Of a DNA stretch of 64,000 nt, positions 1 to 12,034 are shown piece by piece. Numbering within the stretch: position 1 is the stretch's first letter; each line of letters opens with the position of its first letter. A model generated the notes under the pieces. The model saw only the letters and a program-made list of their open reading frames with translations. It searched no databases and was not told where the DNA came from. The DNA lies in contig JAYWIR010000019.1 in the NCBI GenBank assembly GCA_036172245.1, forward strand, positions 3,100,001 to 3,164,000. Direction: 5' to 3'. This DNA comes from Raillietiella orientalis. Lineage: Eukaryota. The position numbers were made by a program, and so were the translations under genes.

Positions 1-599
1 CAACAGTAGAGCTGCACAATCCTAAGCATGAGTGGGGGAACTTACCCTCAGTCCCCGACCACCCCCGAATAAAATAACGAGGGCAGCGTCTTCGCCAGAA
101 TAATTTCTTGTAAAAAGCAACGTCAAGTGCAAGTGGGGAGGGGAACGAGATGGGAGGGGATGCTCGAAAAATTGGACCCTGCTTTCACCTTACCGTCCAA
201 CAGAACTGTCTGTCCGAATTGTAGGTACGTAATGTGGTGGTTCCCCTTATTTCCTCTGATTTCAAAGTATGTTGAAGATTGGAGCATTCTTTCTTTTTTT
301 TTTTTGGTTCAAACGCTTGCAGAACTCGCTGCGTGCTTTTTGAGTTGCAGACGTGCAGACTCATGGAGAGCATCTCCATACATTGCTGGCGATAGTAACC
401 GTTTGTAATTAAAATATGCGGCTCTTATGCAAAGCTAAAAGTTGCTTTCAAATCTCGAAATTGCAATCCGCATTCCTCATCTTTCTGCTGGCAAACCATG
501 CAAATGGGAAAGTGCAAACTGCCTCCTGTTTTCGAAGGACTTTGAGGTTTTCTTTTGTTAGCATCCAACTGATGTCATGAGAAATGATAATTAAGTTTT

Positions 600-1800
600 C
601 TTGGATGGCATTTGACTTTTATTAAATACGACATCTGTATGACTTGATCCTAATAAGAATATGCGCCGATAGGATGTTTCGTACGGAGGATTGCCTTGCT
701 GCTAACCGAGACGCGCATTGAAATGACCGCGGAAGACTCCAAGGGAACGGGAGGAGGATCCATGTATCCCAGGGTCTTTTAGAGAAAAAAACAGTCTCTT
801 TCCAGCTAGGATTCTCACCAGCTGGAATTTCTCTGCTTCTCCTAAGCAACTCAGTTATACAGCTTGCTGCCTAGCTTCCCGACGTTTGCAAAGTGAGGAC
901 TAGAGCGACAGCCAGGAGAACCCCCTAGCAACCACTCCATTTGGACTCAGTTTTCGGGAAAAAGGAATCGCCGAGTGAAGAACCATGGAATTTATGCCTT
1001 TCCGTTGCAAGAGAGCTTACGTGAGCTCGTCATGTATACTGGAATGATGCTGGCTCCTCTGGACATCTTGTGTACATGCACTTAAGCTGGAAGCTGTGAG
1101 ATAGAAGAAATCATGCATTCATCATAATGGAAATGGAAAACGACCCCCACTTTTTTTTTTCTCCTAAGAACGTGTGACCTTTTAGAATGAAGTATGAAAT
1201 AAATCGCCATCATTCTATGAACTCGACAGTCCCCGAAGAAACGGATGCTGTGGATTCATTTTTGAAGGCAAATTCCGCCTTCCACTTTTATCACACCTAG
1301 CTCGCAGAGTCGAAGACACACTTTCCTATTTCTTATCTCCACTTCTCTCTGTAGATATGCTATCAATCACAGTGCCTGTAAGATATCTAAAAATTTAAAA
1401 AAAAAAAAAAATTCCAAATACCCTGCTATTCATCATAAGGAGATGTTTCGACAGATCTTGCTAGGATATATCCCTTATTTCTCTCCTGAAGGTCCAAGGA
1501 TCAAATCTGCTCCAGCTATTTTCTGGACAGCAGCCCCGTGGCAAAATTATCCCGTCGTTGGTTCGGCCGCAATTATTTCTCTCACCTTCCTTCGGAAGAG
1601 GAGACATTGATCCCGTCTATTAGAGCTCGATTTCTCCTCCACGATTCTGTAACAGCCGCCGAGTAAACACCTGAAATCTTACCACGTAAGCGAGAAGGGA
1701 TGCTAAGAGGACTGACCATCCGTCCGACCACAGCTGCAGAGCAGCCCGAGCCTTCCATCTCAGCCAATTCTGTCGGTCGCTGTTCTGGAAGGTCTGTTCC
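600..1800 (-). mobile_element. Highly decayed LINE relic (ORF1 and AP-endonuclease fragments)
   Basis: Minus-strand peptides ESWRRNRALIDGI (~1600-1650; resembles the LINE ORF1 motif RRNNLRIxGI) and VFRGHFNARLG (~705-740; resembles APE GDFNARxG) occur in the expected ORF1-then-EN order. Many stops and frameshifts. Confidence 0.4.
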
Positions 1801-3119
1801 ATTTCCCTTGCCTTGAGTCCTGGTGTTCGCTACGTCCTGATTCCCATTCGATTTTTATTTTTACAGGAGCTACCATGCCACCACATTGGAACTGGTTTCC
1901 ATTACTCGGAGCAACCAACCACAAGCACGGGGTTCACAAATCTGTGCTTCCGTTATTACGAACGTTTCGAATGGACCCTATAACTCCGTTCACGCCGAAC
2001 GGTCATGAGAGCTCGCTCTATTGAGTTTTTCCTTTTCCCCCCCCCTTCCCCCCCACGCAAAGATAATTAACTTCCTTGACAATGAGAGAAAGAGTAATTT
2101 CTGATTGGGAAGGGGGAGAGGACGGCATTTCCATCATCATCAAGGAGTCTCGTATCCCAGCATCTAACAACCGAAGAGAGATTTTCTGCTTAGAATGCTG
2201 ACAAATCTGAGTCCATCTAAACAACTCGCAGATGTCTTCGGCTGTCACTTTTTTTTTTTTTTTTTTCAGTTCCGCTGCCTTCTTACTGCAAGAGTGTCGC
2301 TTGCTCTGATCATCATGGTCCATCACCTTGCGCCACCGCAACGTGAATAAACCCTAATAGACCCGAATAGACCTGTCCTTCAAACATGGACCTGCGTCTG
2401 CAGCATCCTAGCAACATCTACCGCCTTCCCTTGACGTTCGCTTCACTTCGTTTGCTTGATTCGTAACGAAGGCATCTTTTCGTCCTGGATTGGAGCCCCC
2501 GTTGGAAAGACTGCTTTAGCAGATCCGTTCTTCTATCAGGAACGAGATCTATACTCATGATAAGGATCACCGTCATTACTGCATCCCATTCTTGCACTTG
2601 TTCGGATCCTTGCTAATCCTTGATAGTGGGGCTGTATGGAGTCTTGCTGGTTTATCGCTGCTAAGAGTCCCCGTATTGGAAGATTGTTTTTTCCGCTGAG
2701 TTCACATCGCTTCGAAGACGCAGGCTAGTTGCCCCCCTCACTCCCCCCCTCACTGCGTTTCGAAGCCGATGCGCGGCTTCGACAACTCACCCTGAGATCT
2801 GAACTCTCCGAACGGTGAATCCTCCTTAGCAATCCATCAGTGGTAGAACAAGATGCCTCTCTCTGGGAGACGAAGAGGAATCCAAAGAACGGTTCCTAGA
2901 ATCTCCTCACACTTACGTGTTCTTTTTTATTTTTTTATTTTCAGGGGCTGTGACTCAGCCTGTGCCTTCGATGTGTATGCTTAGAATAGTGTATGTCGGA
3001 ACACACCATTTCTTTTCTTTTTTTTTGTTTCCGATATTCTCCGCTTATTTTCCGGGAATTTTTTCTTTTAACTCCTTCGACACTTCAGACCCGCGTCCGC
3101 CGGCCGTAGCAGCTGCGGT

Positions 3120-4560
3120 CTCCTCCGCGCACGGCACCAGGCGTCACGGGTTGGAATCCCGTCCAGGCAAAGGATCGACGACAAGGAATGGGTGCGTTGG
3201 GGGTCGCGAGTCCTCCCCGCAGGACGATGCTGGCTTCGGACGCGGCACTGGTGCAAGCCGGAAACCTCCGGATGCTCCCGCTGACCGGCCGAGGCTAGAA
3301 GGCGACCTTCCGAGGTCCTTCCAGGGATCAGGGAGCCCTTCGGGGTTCCTCTCCGGCTGTGAAAATGGAGCTGTCCCCCCACCCCTCTCCCCCTTCCTTC
3401 TCGGGGGAAGGAACCCTCCATCTCGTATCATAGAGCTGATACCCCCTCGGGGGTTGCCTCTCCAGAGTGTAAGAAGGGCGCTGCTCCCTTCAGAGAAAAT
3501 GGGAAGCGTCCCTTCGGGGTTCTCATCCGAGGAGGAAACGAAGAGCGATCCCCTTGCGGGTTCCCTCGGAGAAGAAATTCCAGGAGCTCCCTTTCCGAGC
3601 TCTCTTCAGAGGAGAAATAATGGAGCGGTCCCTCCGGGATACTCCTCCTGAGAGAACAAGGAAGGAGGTTCCCTTCGGAGTTCCCGCCAGGGACACAAAG
3701 GGCGAGAGTTCCTTCCCTCCGGGGTTCCCTCCCGAGCGCGAGAGGAAACGGACTCCTTCCTCCGAAGCCCTTCCTGGATCCATGGGACCACCCTATAACT
3801 TCAAGATGCCCATTGCTCTCGTCCGAGTCTCAAGATTCCAGAGAACCTACGACGAAAGACCTACGAGGCCACAGTCGCGGGCGATCCTCTGGAGGTGAAG
3901 CGGAGGGTCGCTTCCGCCTAATGATTCCTCCCTTTCTCGTGTCCTGCCCTCTTCCAGTGCTGCCGATGAGGATTCGGGGGGGGGGGGGTTCAGAGTGGGG
4001 ATTTTTCTTTCGCTCTGGGTCCGAATTTCTCCTTAGACCTGCTCCAGGAATGGTCCAGTTGGAGGCTGCCGGTTTCCCGGAGTTGACCCACGTGAAATTC
4101 CTGGCTTGGGCGAGCCACTCTTCGTGTTTCTGCATAGGCACGCTCTGGTACAAATGCATTCGTGGGCTGAGAATGTTCTTCGCACCTTCCGCACCTGCAA
4201 GGACGATCAGCACCGTTCCCACACAGGCAGAAGATGGAGTTCCGCCCATGAATAGGCCCTTAATCCAAGATGTTGGCTGCTGAATGGGAAATGCTCCGAA
4301 GCCGACTCTGCTCACTAGGGATGGCACGGGCATTTGGCGACAGAGGGCAGCGTCCATGCTGCCTGGCAGTGGGTGGCGAGTAGCCCGGGAGGGAGGAAGG
4401 GAGAATTTTCTCCCTCACATGCGCGTCGACCGCGTAAGTCCCAAACCTACACTGAGTGTGGGCGTTTTTCCTTTTTTCAAAGACCTACTTCATCCCGAGT
4501 TTTCTGGATGTTTGGCATCCTGCCTCCCCTATGTTTCCGGTAGTTCTTCTTAGCTATTTC
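3120..4560 (-). mobile_element. Decayed gag/ORF1-like ORF with repeat-rich C-terminus (copy 1)
   Basis: Reverse complement of 3450-3790 aligns by eye to 51075-51335 (TGGATCCAGGAAG...GGAGGAAGGAGTCC, GAAGGGAGCAGCGC.CTTCTT..CACT.TGGAGAGG). Shares peptide RVGFG with the 50.7 kb copy. RFGTYAVDAHVREKILPSSL resembles Tx1-type ORF1. Ends near DSRPPTHPFLVVDP. Confidence 0.6.
3509..3760. repeat. Degenerate ~40-42 bp tandem repeat (consensus approx. TCCCTTCGGGGTTCCCTCCNGAGGAGAAANNAAGGAGCG)
   Basis: Unit starts at about 3509, 3549, 3588, 3629, 3670, 3714 and 3754, with outlying units near 3335 and 3443. Inverted homologous array at 51075-51335. Confidence 0.75.
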
Positions 4561-5090
4561 CCCCCTTTCCCTCCCTCCCCCCCCTTTTTCAGTCTGCTGC
4601 TTCGGACGCAAAAATTCCTGAAGTCTTCATCTGTCTGGTGGCGTCTGCGTTTCCTCCCACATCACCGTCTGCAGCGTCTTCTGAAAAACGCATCGTGTCT
4701 CTGGGTCGGAAGAGTTGGTGGCTGAGCGCAGCAGCAGCTTGCGTTTTCCATCTCCACGTTGCAACTGAATCCGAAAAGTATTCTTGTTCCCGTGACGCTA
4801 TCGATGTAAAGCATAAATTGGTTTGGACTCTGGAGGCTGCATATCCTCGCAGCACGGAGGACAGCTGCAACTCTGACAGGCACCCTGCGTATGATCTTAT
4901 TTAGGTCCGCGAAAAGATCGGAAGCTACCAATCTGGGAAATAGCCACATCCGCGGAGCATCTTACAATCCACTCTTCTCCTTTTGACGATGTAAAACATT
5001 CAGTGCAGAATTCGTTGATGAACACTTTTTTGCCAAAGTACTTCTTTCGAAACACTGTACCATATTCCAGAAACATATCTGTTTTTTTTT

Positions 5091-5093
<3 letters not shown>

Positions 5094-5150
<57 letters not shown>
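5094..5150. repeat. (TA)n microsatellite
   Basis: Pure TA dinucleotide run, directly visible. Confidence 0.98.
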
Positions 5151-5153
<3 letters not shown>

Positions 5154-5350
5154 GCAAGCTCTTATTTCGAATAGAATGCATGAAATTGGTACGAATTATT
5201 ATGCATTTATTATTGTGCTTGGACTTGCATTTATTCAATGTGTAATGAACGAATATGCGATTCTTAAGAGTAGATATGGAGAGTTTTCAAAATATGATTT
5301 TGTCATGACAAATGCATTTCATGTATATATGTACGAAAAAAAAGAATATA

Positions 5351-5722
5351 CAGTGGTACCTCGGTACTCGTCCGTAATCCGTTCCGGAACTCGTGACGAG
5401 TACCGAAACCGACGAGTACCGAACGAGTTCCTTTCTAGGCTCCGTGGTAATCATGTTTAACCATTTTAGGACCCGTGATTGAAATTTAGAACGCACAGAA
5501 AGCACACAAAAAGGGGGAACGATTCGGGTGGCACTCTGTGGAAGTGCTCGTCGGCAGTGTTCGCGAGCTACCACGAGACGAAGGCGTTCACTCTTTTCAT
5601 CATGAGAGGGGGGGAGGGGTTCCGAGCATGCGCCGAGTGTCGGAACTTTTTCTTCCTCGTCAAAATGAGACGAGTACTGAGTTTGACGAGTTCCGAGACC
5701 GTCGAGTACCGAGGTCCCACAA
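5351..5722. mobile_element. pogo/Tigger-type (Tc1/mariner superfamily) MITE
   Basis: Left TIR CAGTGGTACCTCGGTACTCG (5351-5370) and right TIR CGAGTACCGAGGTCCCACAA (5703-5722) match at 17/20 positions. TA on both flanks (5349-5350, 5723-5724). Subterminal GACGAGTACCGA-like repeats near both ends. No transposase ORF. Confidence 0.88.
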
Positions 5723-8700
5723 TACCGGGAAAAGTATCCGTGAAATCAAACAGGCAAAGTGAGTACACCTGAATTCAACGGCATACGAGTTTTAAGAGCA
5801 ATTTGCGATGATCATCTTATCAGAACGATCATTTATATAAAACCAATCACTAGATGTGAGCTTCAGGAAGTTTCGCTGGAGCAAACTGAGTCGAGAGCTG
5901 TTCCAGATTAGCTCTGCGTTATCGCCAATGGGACCGCGGAAAATCTCATCCTGCCCTGTGAGGATTGTGTATGTCTCGAAAAAGTTTGCATAGAATTTCA
6001 TATATCTTGAAAACATTGTACGATTCTTTCCAAATTGGAAGATCTTTCGCATTCTGAGGCGCTGGTTCCAGTTTCCTTGCATGCCGCAAACATCAAATTC
6101 CCTGCAGACGAATGTCTGAGCGGCAGTGAAACACTAACGCTAACACTAAAAGCATCTGATGATGGCATGATGAGCTTCTGCAGGATGGCAACAGGGAAAA
6201 ATCAGCGGTATGAGAGAATCCAGTTGGTCGTATCTGGAATCCGCGAAAATCGTACCGGGACTTTGCCTTCCCGAATGCCAAACTTTCGTACACAGAGACA
6301 CGGTTTTTGAGACAAGTGTTCCCAGAGCTTCTTCTAGCCAAGCCAGTTATGAAGCAATGGTCCATAAGCATTCTATGAAATTATTATTGGAGCATCCTCG
6401 CAGGCTTGAAAAAGCCTGAGAAGCAGCTAAGTAGACAAAACGAAATCATTCTTCAAGGAAGATGTTTTAAATAGAGAATAGGCATTTTTGTGTGCCTCTC
6501 AGTGAAGGATGCCCTGGGCAATAGAACGTTCACTTGAGTTGAAAGTATATTTTTATAGTCATTCCCATGAGCCAGTTATTCTGCATGAGACAACGCGTGC
6601 AGTCATTTTTCATTGAAATGCTCCGAATTAGGCAGAAGACAACTGCAAAAATCATTTCGATTCTTACATTTTCTGCGAATCTGCGATATCTGAAGACTAT
6701 CTGTATGGATAACGGCTTTTTTTTTTAGCGCTAGATAAGAAGGCCTAGTTACCATTTCGGTTGCGAAGTACAGATGTAGACTACATGTTGGAGGTTAGAA
6801 TGATAAAATGCTCTCAGAAGCAGCATCCCAACGACAACAGATATACTATTATTACCTCCGGAGCTCGTCATCCCTACATCTAAGGAAGCTGCTAATACTA
6901 ACGGAGTGAATTAGTGTCAATGGAACAATGTTGCAGACGAAACCTAAGAGAAACAAGAAAATCCGTTAACCGAGATAATTTATGCTTTGCAATTTTTTTT
7001 TTTCTATTCTTCTCTGGATGGACGATTTGACTTCAGTTTTGAGACGCAGAACGCAAGAAAGAGAAGCTGAGGAGTGACCACGAGGACGACGTGGCAAACC
7101 ACATCGCTTTCAGCCCCACGAAGAAGGCTCTACGATAGAAATCAAGGTAAGAGGAAAACTGCTCTTTTCTGCAGAATCCGAGCACCCATAGGAGTCAAAG
7201 CTTTTATTTATTGCATTATTATTGAATGAAATTTGAATCAAGAGCTCTGTTGCAGATCGGGAAGGAGAAAAGATGCGCAATATAGATGTTTGATCAAGCT
7301 GTTTTCAAGAGCGCACTTGAAAAAAGAGATTTGCGATTTTCGAAGTGGGCTGTTCATTAATCTACAACGAATTTTTCACGGTGGAAACCATGTACATCCC
7401 CCCCCCCCACACACACACACATGCCATATGAACTCCATTATAATAAACTACAGCCCATAATTTATCCAAAGAAATCACACGTGGTAGTTATTGAAAACTG
7501 GAGCATTCTCAGTCCACGAGGACCAAATCTTCTTGCTCCCGAACGCTCCGTGGATGTACATAAAACTAATATAGTGCCCATAGGAGCATCTTCTGCAGCT
7601 CATGGTGCAGTCACTTACATTGCCTCCTAGTCGGTGCACTGTACAGCATCCAGAGATCCTGCTTTGAGTTTTACTACACAGCTTCACAGATCCTCGATTT
7701 AAGATAACAACAGAACAAAGATTCCGTTCTCCTCTCCAGCCTGGAGAGCATTTTCTATTGCTTAGGAAGAATATCCCTTTCTTTCGCTGAAAAATGCCGT
7801 TGGTCATTCCTCATACTGAGAAAATGTTTCCCATGACGAGCTCCCATCAGAAAGCACCTAAATGATATGTGAGTCTATGATCCGAGCATCGTATCCTTAT
7901 TTAACCAAACGTTCTCATACAGAGATACTGATATGCCGGAACGAGATCAGTATATCCGAGCGCTCTTTACGTGCTCCAGTTCCTCTCTCGTTTCATTTTA
8001 CAACATCTTTTAATATACCCTCTTACTAAGGCAATTATTAACCTGCATCGAAGTTCCAAGGCAGCTATGTTGTGCATTCCAGGTACCATAACAAATGAAA
8101 TATGGTCCTGGCAGATGCTGAGTTTTTTAACAAAAGTTGAAAGTATAAGATTTTTTTTTCTCTTTAGAAGCAGTTGGAAGTTTGTACTCCCGAACAAGGA
8201 ATTGAATCGGAAGGAATTCGCGCCTTCTGTCCATGTTCGACCGTCGCGACGCACAGATTTCATAGCTACCGAGATGTGATGACAAACGACTGGACTCCCA
8301 CATCTCGCGACTTTCGTCAAAGATCATTAATTACTCATTGTGAAGAACTGGTTTCTCTTTGCTTTAGCATGTGTAAACACACCGGACAGTGCTTTGTCCG
8401 TTGTTGTGGTTAGGTTTCTGGAGCATTAGCAGCCATATCATTTTTCATCTTTATCAACGAATCTCTTAAGTCTCTGTCTTTTCTAACGGAAAGGAACCAA
8501 AAATGCACGCGTGCGATACGCACGAACGAAGAGATTTTGCATAGCTGCTCTTCATCAACCTCTTCTTGCTTTGCCAAACTGACTATTCCGTTCTGACTAA
8601 TCGTCGCCCGAGTAATACGAATGGATAATTCCGAAACGTTCGCATATCATTTCACTTTATGGGCCAAAGCGTCCTCTCCGCTCCGTTGCAATATCGGTTT

Positions 8701-10179
8701 TTTAGTAGTTCCCTAAACTTCAGTCAACTCACGAGGCTGTCTCCTAGCACTCGCGGTCTCTTTTGCTTGGTCGAGAACGACTTGGAGGATCACCATCTCA
8801 CAACCATCAAAAAGCAGGTATTTCTCCTTGTATTTTATTTATTTTTTTTTTTTTTCGGGAGGAAAGTAGGAAATCGTCTTCCGGTGGGGAGCCCCTATGG
8901 AAATTTTGAAGTGTCTCGCTTTGAGACTGATGGATGCAACTGCTGTTTTGGCCTATGAATGAAAAGGGCTCTCGTTCTTCCTGGAATCAGTGCCTTTCGA
9001 AACCCATAAAGTATCTCAGTTCGTCCCCCAAGATAAGGCCGTTGAGGCAGCAAAGTTTTCTTCGTGCCATCAGGCTACAGTCCAAGAAGAATGCTCGGTT
9101 TTTTGTGTTCACGCTTTCGTCACTTTCCTGCCGTCGAGGTGACTCCTTGCCACTTATTCATCTTTCACTTCCGCTGGCAGCTTCGAGATACGGACATCTT
9201 TGAGCGCCAGCAGGGGGGGTCATGTGAATCCACGGTCACAAGTTTCCCTCTTCCAGGGACAAGTTCGTCTCGGCTAAAATTATAGCCTCTTCGTAATGAC
9301 TGGTAACACTTACGATAGCAAACTTGTGGTTTCGCATGTGCCACTTCCGTGGTGTCACACTTTCACGATCTCTATAGATTTCAAAACCACCTCTGCTGCG
9401 CTGAATCTCTTAGATACAATGCTCCATCCGTTCTTCTAATTCCGATTCCAAATGAAAATGACGATTCTTTTGTCGACTACGGACCTCCCCTCTACTTTCA
9501 CGTGTACGACGGTCCATTTGCGCTCGGAAGAAAAAAAATCCTTACGCTTATTTTGCGTAGCTTCCGAGCATACAGGAAGGACTTGAAGAAGCGCAAAAAC
9601 CGAAGTTGATTTCAATGTTGCAAGAGCGTTTATGGGATGTCCTCAGGTTCCAAAGTCAGCAGGGTTTCCCTCTTCCGTTTCAGTTTGCTTTCATTTGCAT
9701 TTGCCCTTCATTTGATCTGGAATTTTCTCCTTGGTCGTAAAATCGTGTGCTATTCATCTCTTTGATTGCACTCCAGGAGTCTTTTTCCTTCTCTGAGAGC
9801 ATCCAGTCGGCGGATGCTCTTAGAAAAGGATAGGTTGCCATTTCAAAATGCTTCCCGGAGCTGGTTCAACTTGCAGTTTAGTTACTCTTCGTTCTCCCCG
9901 TCGACCTCTCCCTTTGACGGGCTCCTGCATTTTTGCGACATGCGGCCTCCTGTACTGAAACTAACGCAGAAGGTCTTCCTCGCGGATAGCAAACTTTTAT
10001 CAGTTCATGTATCTCATCAGACGATCTGGACCGCGGATCTCGCAGCATGCTCTGCATTCTGCTGCCAGCTTTCTTCTTTCACAGTCTTTCAGTATTCTGG
10101 TAGTAGTAGCTGTAAGTATCAGAGAACGCCCGAATATCAGATAAGCAGAGCATCAGCCGAGCTATAAAAACTCATTCGG

Positions 10180-10660
10180 GACTGTTGCTCTTTGCAGACC
10201 AGAGCAATCAACAGTACATCTGATGCTTTCCAGCTCCCTGGCTATGAGCTTTGCGAAGCAGGGCATATAGCAGAGTTTTGGTGTCATCCAACAAGACCGT
10301 GCCTGGGTCCGATTCCTACCTAAGACAGGATCTGGTACTGCAGAAGGCGGATTGGATAATTATCCTCGAAGTCTCCTGTCCTTCTGAGAATAAGGAAAAT
10401 GTATTCAGAATCCCAAGATTGAAGAAAGACACAAAGTATCAGGAAATCGCCCTTCTATTTACGAGAAAGGGTTTCCAGACCCAAGTCCGTGCGTTTATTG
10501 TAGGATCACTACGATTGTAGGGCCCTTCGATTGATGGAGTCATTCGTGAAATGGGTATCCAAAAAAAGGTGCTCGGGTAATACGGGGCATCTGGCGGTGC
10601 CCTCTTATATGCAATACGTACATTAGGGGATATATATACTGCACGCACCGTCTAGGACAT
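10180..10660 (+). mobile_element. Utopia/NeSL-like non-LTR retrotransposon 3' fragment (restriction-like endonuclease domain), inactive
   Basis: NKTVPGSDSYLRQDLVLQKADWIIILEVSCPSENKENVFRIPRLKKDTKYQEIA...VRAFIVGSL matches the RLE pattern LRPDLV-x-IIxDVxxPFEN-x-KxxKY-x-VGSLG. After frameshifts a GDIY...GH-like terminus follows. Confidence 0.8.
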
Positions 10661-11630
10661 CCTCCTCCAGATGCAACGAGAGACAGTATCAGGAGAGAGT
10701 TTCTCTTTTCATTCATGAAGCTTGAACATTCTTTTAGCCCAAGAAAGAGAGATAAGGGCAGAGCCATCTAGTTATTATATATATATATATAATATTATCC
10801 TTACGGATATATATGTATATCCTTACGGAAATAATAATATCTGGTGGTGAAGATCAAGGTGGAAACACCTCCTCTCGTGTGGCACCGATGAGCAAGAGCT
10901 ACCTCCTGACCGTACATATTGGAAACCTCGGATATTCTTCACGGAAGGAACAAGTTTGCTTACGAAAATGAGGGCGGAGCGAGGAAGGTGGATGAAAAGC
11001 AGGACGCTTCAGAGCACGGTCAGCGAAGAGAAGTCCAGCAAGAGGCAGAGAGGACTTTCATCAACCGTGGCAAGAGATGGAGAATTCCATCCCGGTTGTC
11101 CGAGGGGAGTGGTGACGATTTCTCCATGAGTCAGTGCGGAATCCGTGCGCCCAGAAATGGAGCCATTGAAACAACGGTTCATCAACTTGTACATTAACCA
11201 GTGTTTCGTGAGTTACTGAAAGTCAGTCAACACTCAGTGAGTGCCTGATGCAGTGCCTCTCACCCGGTTAGATGCCGTTCACATGCGGTTTGTCACACAC
11301 TGATAATGGTTAGTAAATTGCAACAACAACAAGTATCCCTCACCCCAAACCATTTGATTGATTTCATTTTGATTTCGTCTCATAATGTGCTCTGCACCCT
11401 TCTTACAAGATCGCTTAGGTGGTTCAGCAGCCGAAAGAATGACACTGGGTTTTTCGGTTGCAGAAAAGAGACATTTGATTGTACCATTGCTGCTCCGATG
11501 GTTTGAAAGGAGCTTGTAAACATGCAAAGTCTTTTCGCACCCGACGTCTTGTTTGAGAACCGAAAGATGGGGATTTTGGATAGAAACATCCAGCTCGAGT
11601 TGGGCGCAGCGGTGTTTTCTTTTTTCCGAA

Positions 11631-12034
11631 TTGACCACGCTCACCTCTAGCGCGACGAGTCGGTTGAACACCATTTGGCGTGATGGTCACGCGCTGGGTA
11701 TGGAATGTCTTCAGAGAGGCCGACCAAACGCTAGCTTCCACTAGCTTCTTGGAGGACCCCATGCTGCCGATCTTTGGAAACGTTTCGGAATCTTGAGCTA
11801 CCTCGCCTACTAAACGCTGGGAAGGTCACTTGCGGAATCTGCACCTCCGTGCTCTTCTGGTAACGACGAAACTCTCGCAAGACAACCGTGTCTGGTAGGT
11901 AACGGTGAGGCTTCTTCACACCTCCTTCCTGTAGCTGGACCGCTCTTTCAAGCCGCTTCGCTCTTGCTAACTGCTTCCTCGGAGCCTTACCATCAGTAAT
12001 CAATTTGTCTAAAGAATCATCTAGACGCTCTCAT
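11631..12034 (-). pseudogene. His3: Histone H3 pseudogene (canonical, replication-dependent type)
   Basis: GKAPRKQLA, GGVKKPHRYLPDTVVLREFRRYQKSTE, LQEAS, LVGLSED and HTQRVTITPNGVQPTRRARGER appear in the correct order across several frameshifts, with a deletion in the TNLCAI segment. Confidence 0.95.

Noticed and set aside
2917..3651. 244-aa plus-strand ORF (similarly 52397-53146 and 54881-55336)
   Set aside because: GC-rich or repeat-derived shadow ORFs antisense to retroelement fragments, with no recognisable domain.
3509..3760. Spaced palindromic repeats resembling a CRISPR array or bacterial terminators
   Set aside because: Eukaryotic context, units degenerate along their whole length, no unique spacers and no cas genes.
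4662..4949. WLFPRLVASDLFADLNK resembling a hAT transposase segment
   Set aside because: Single weak motif with no TIRs or other supporting motifs.
10840..10875. Hammerhead-like GTGAAGA...GAAAC
   Set aside because: Lacks the CUGANGA core and the required flanking stems.
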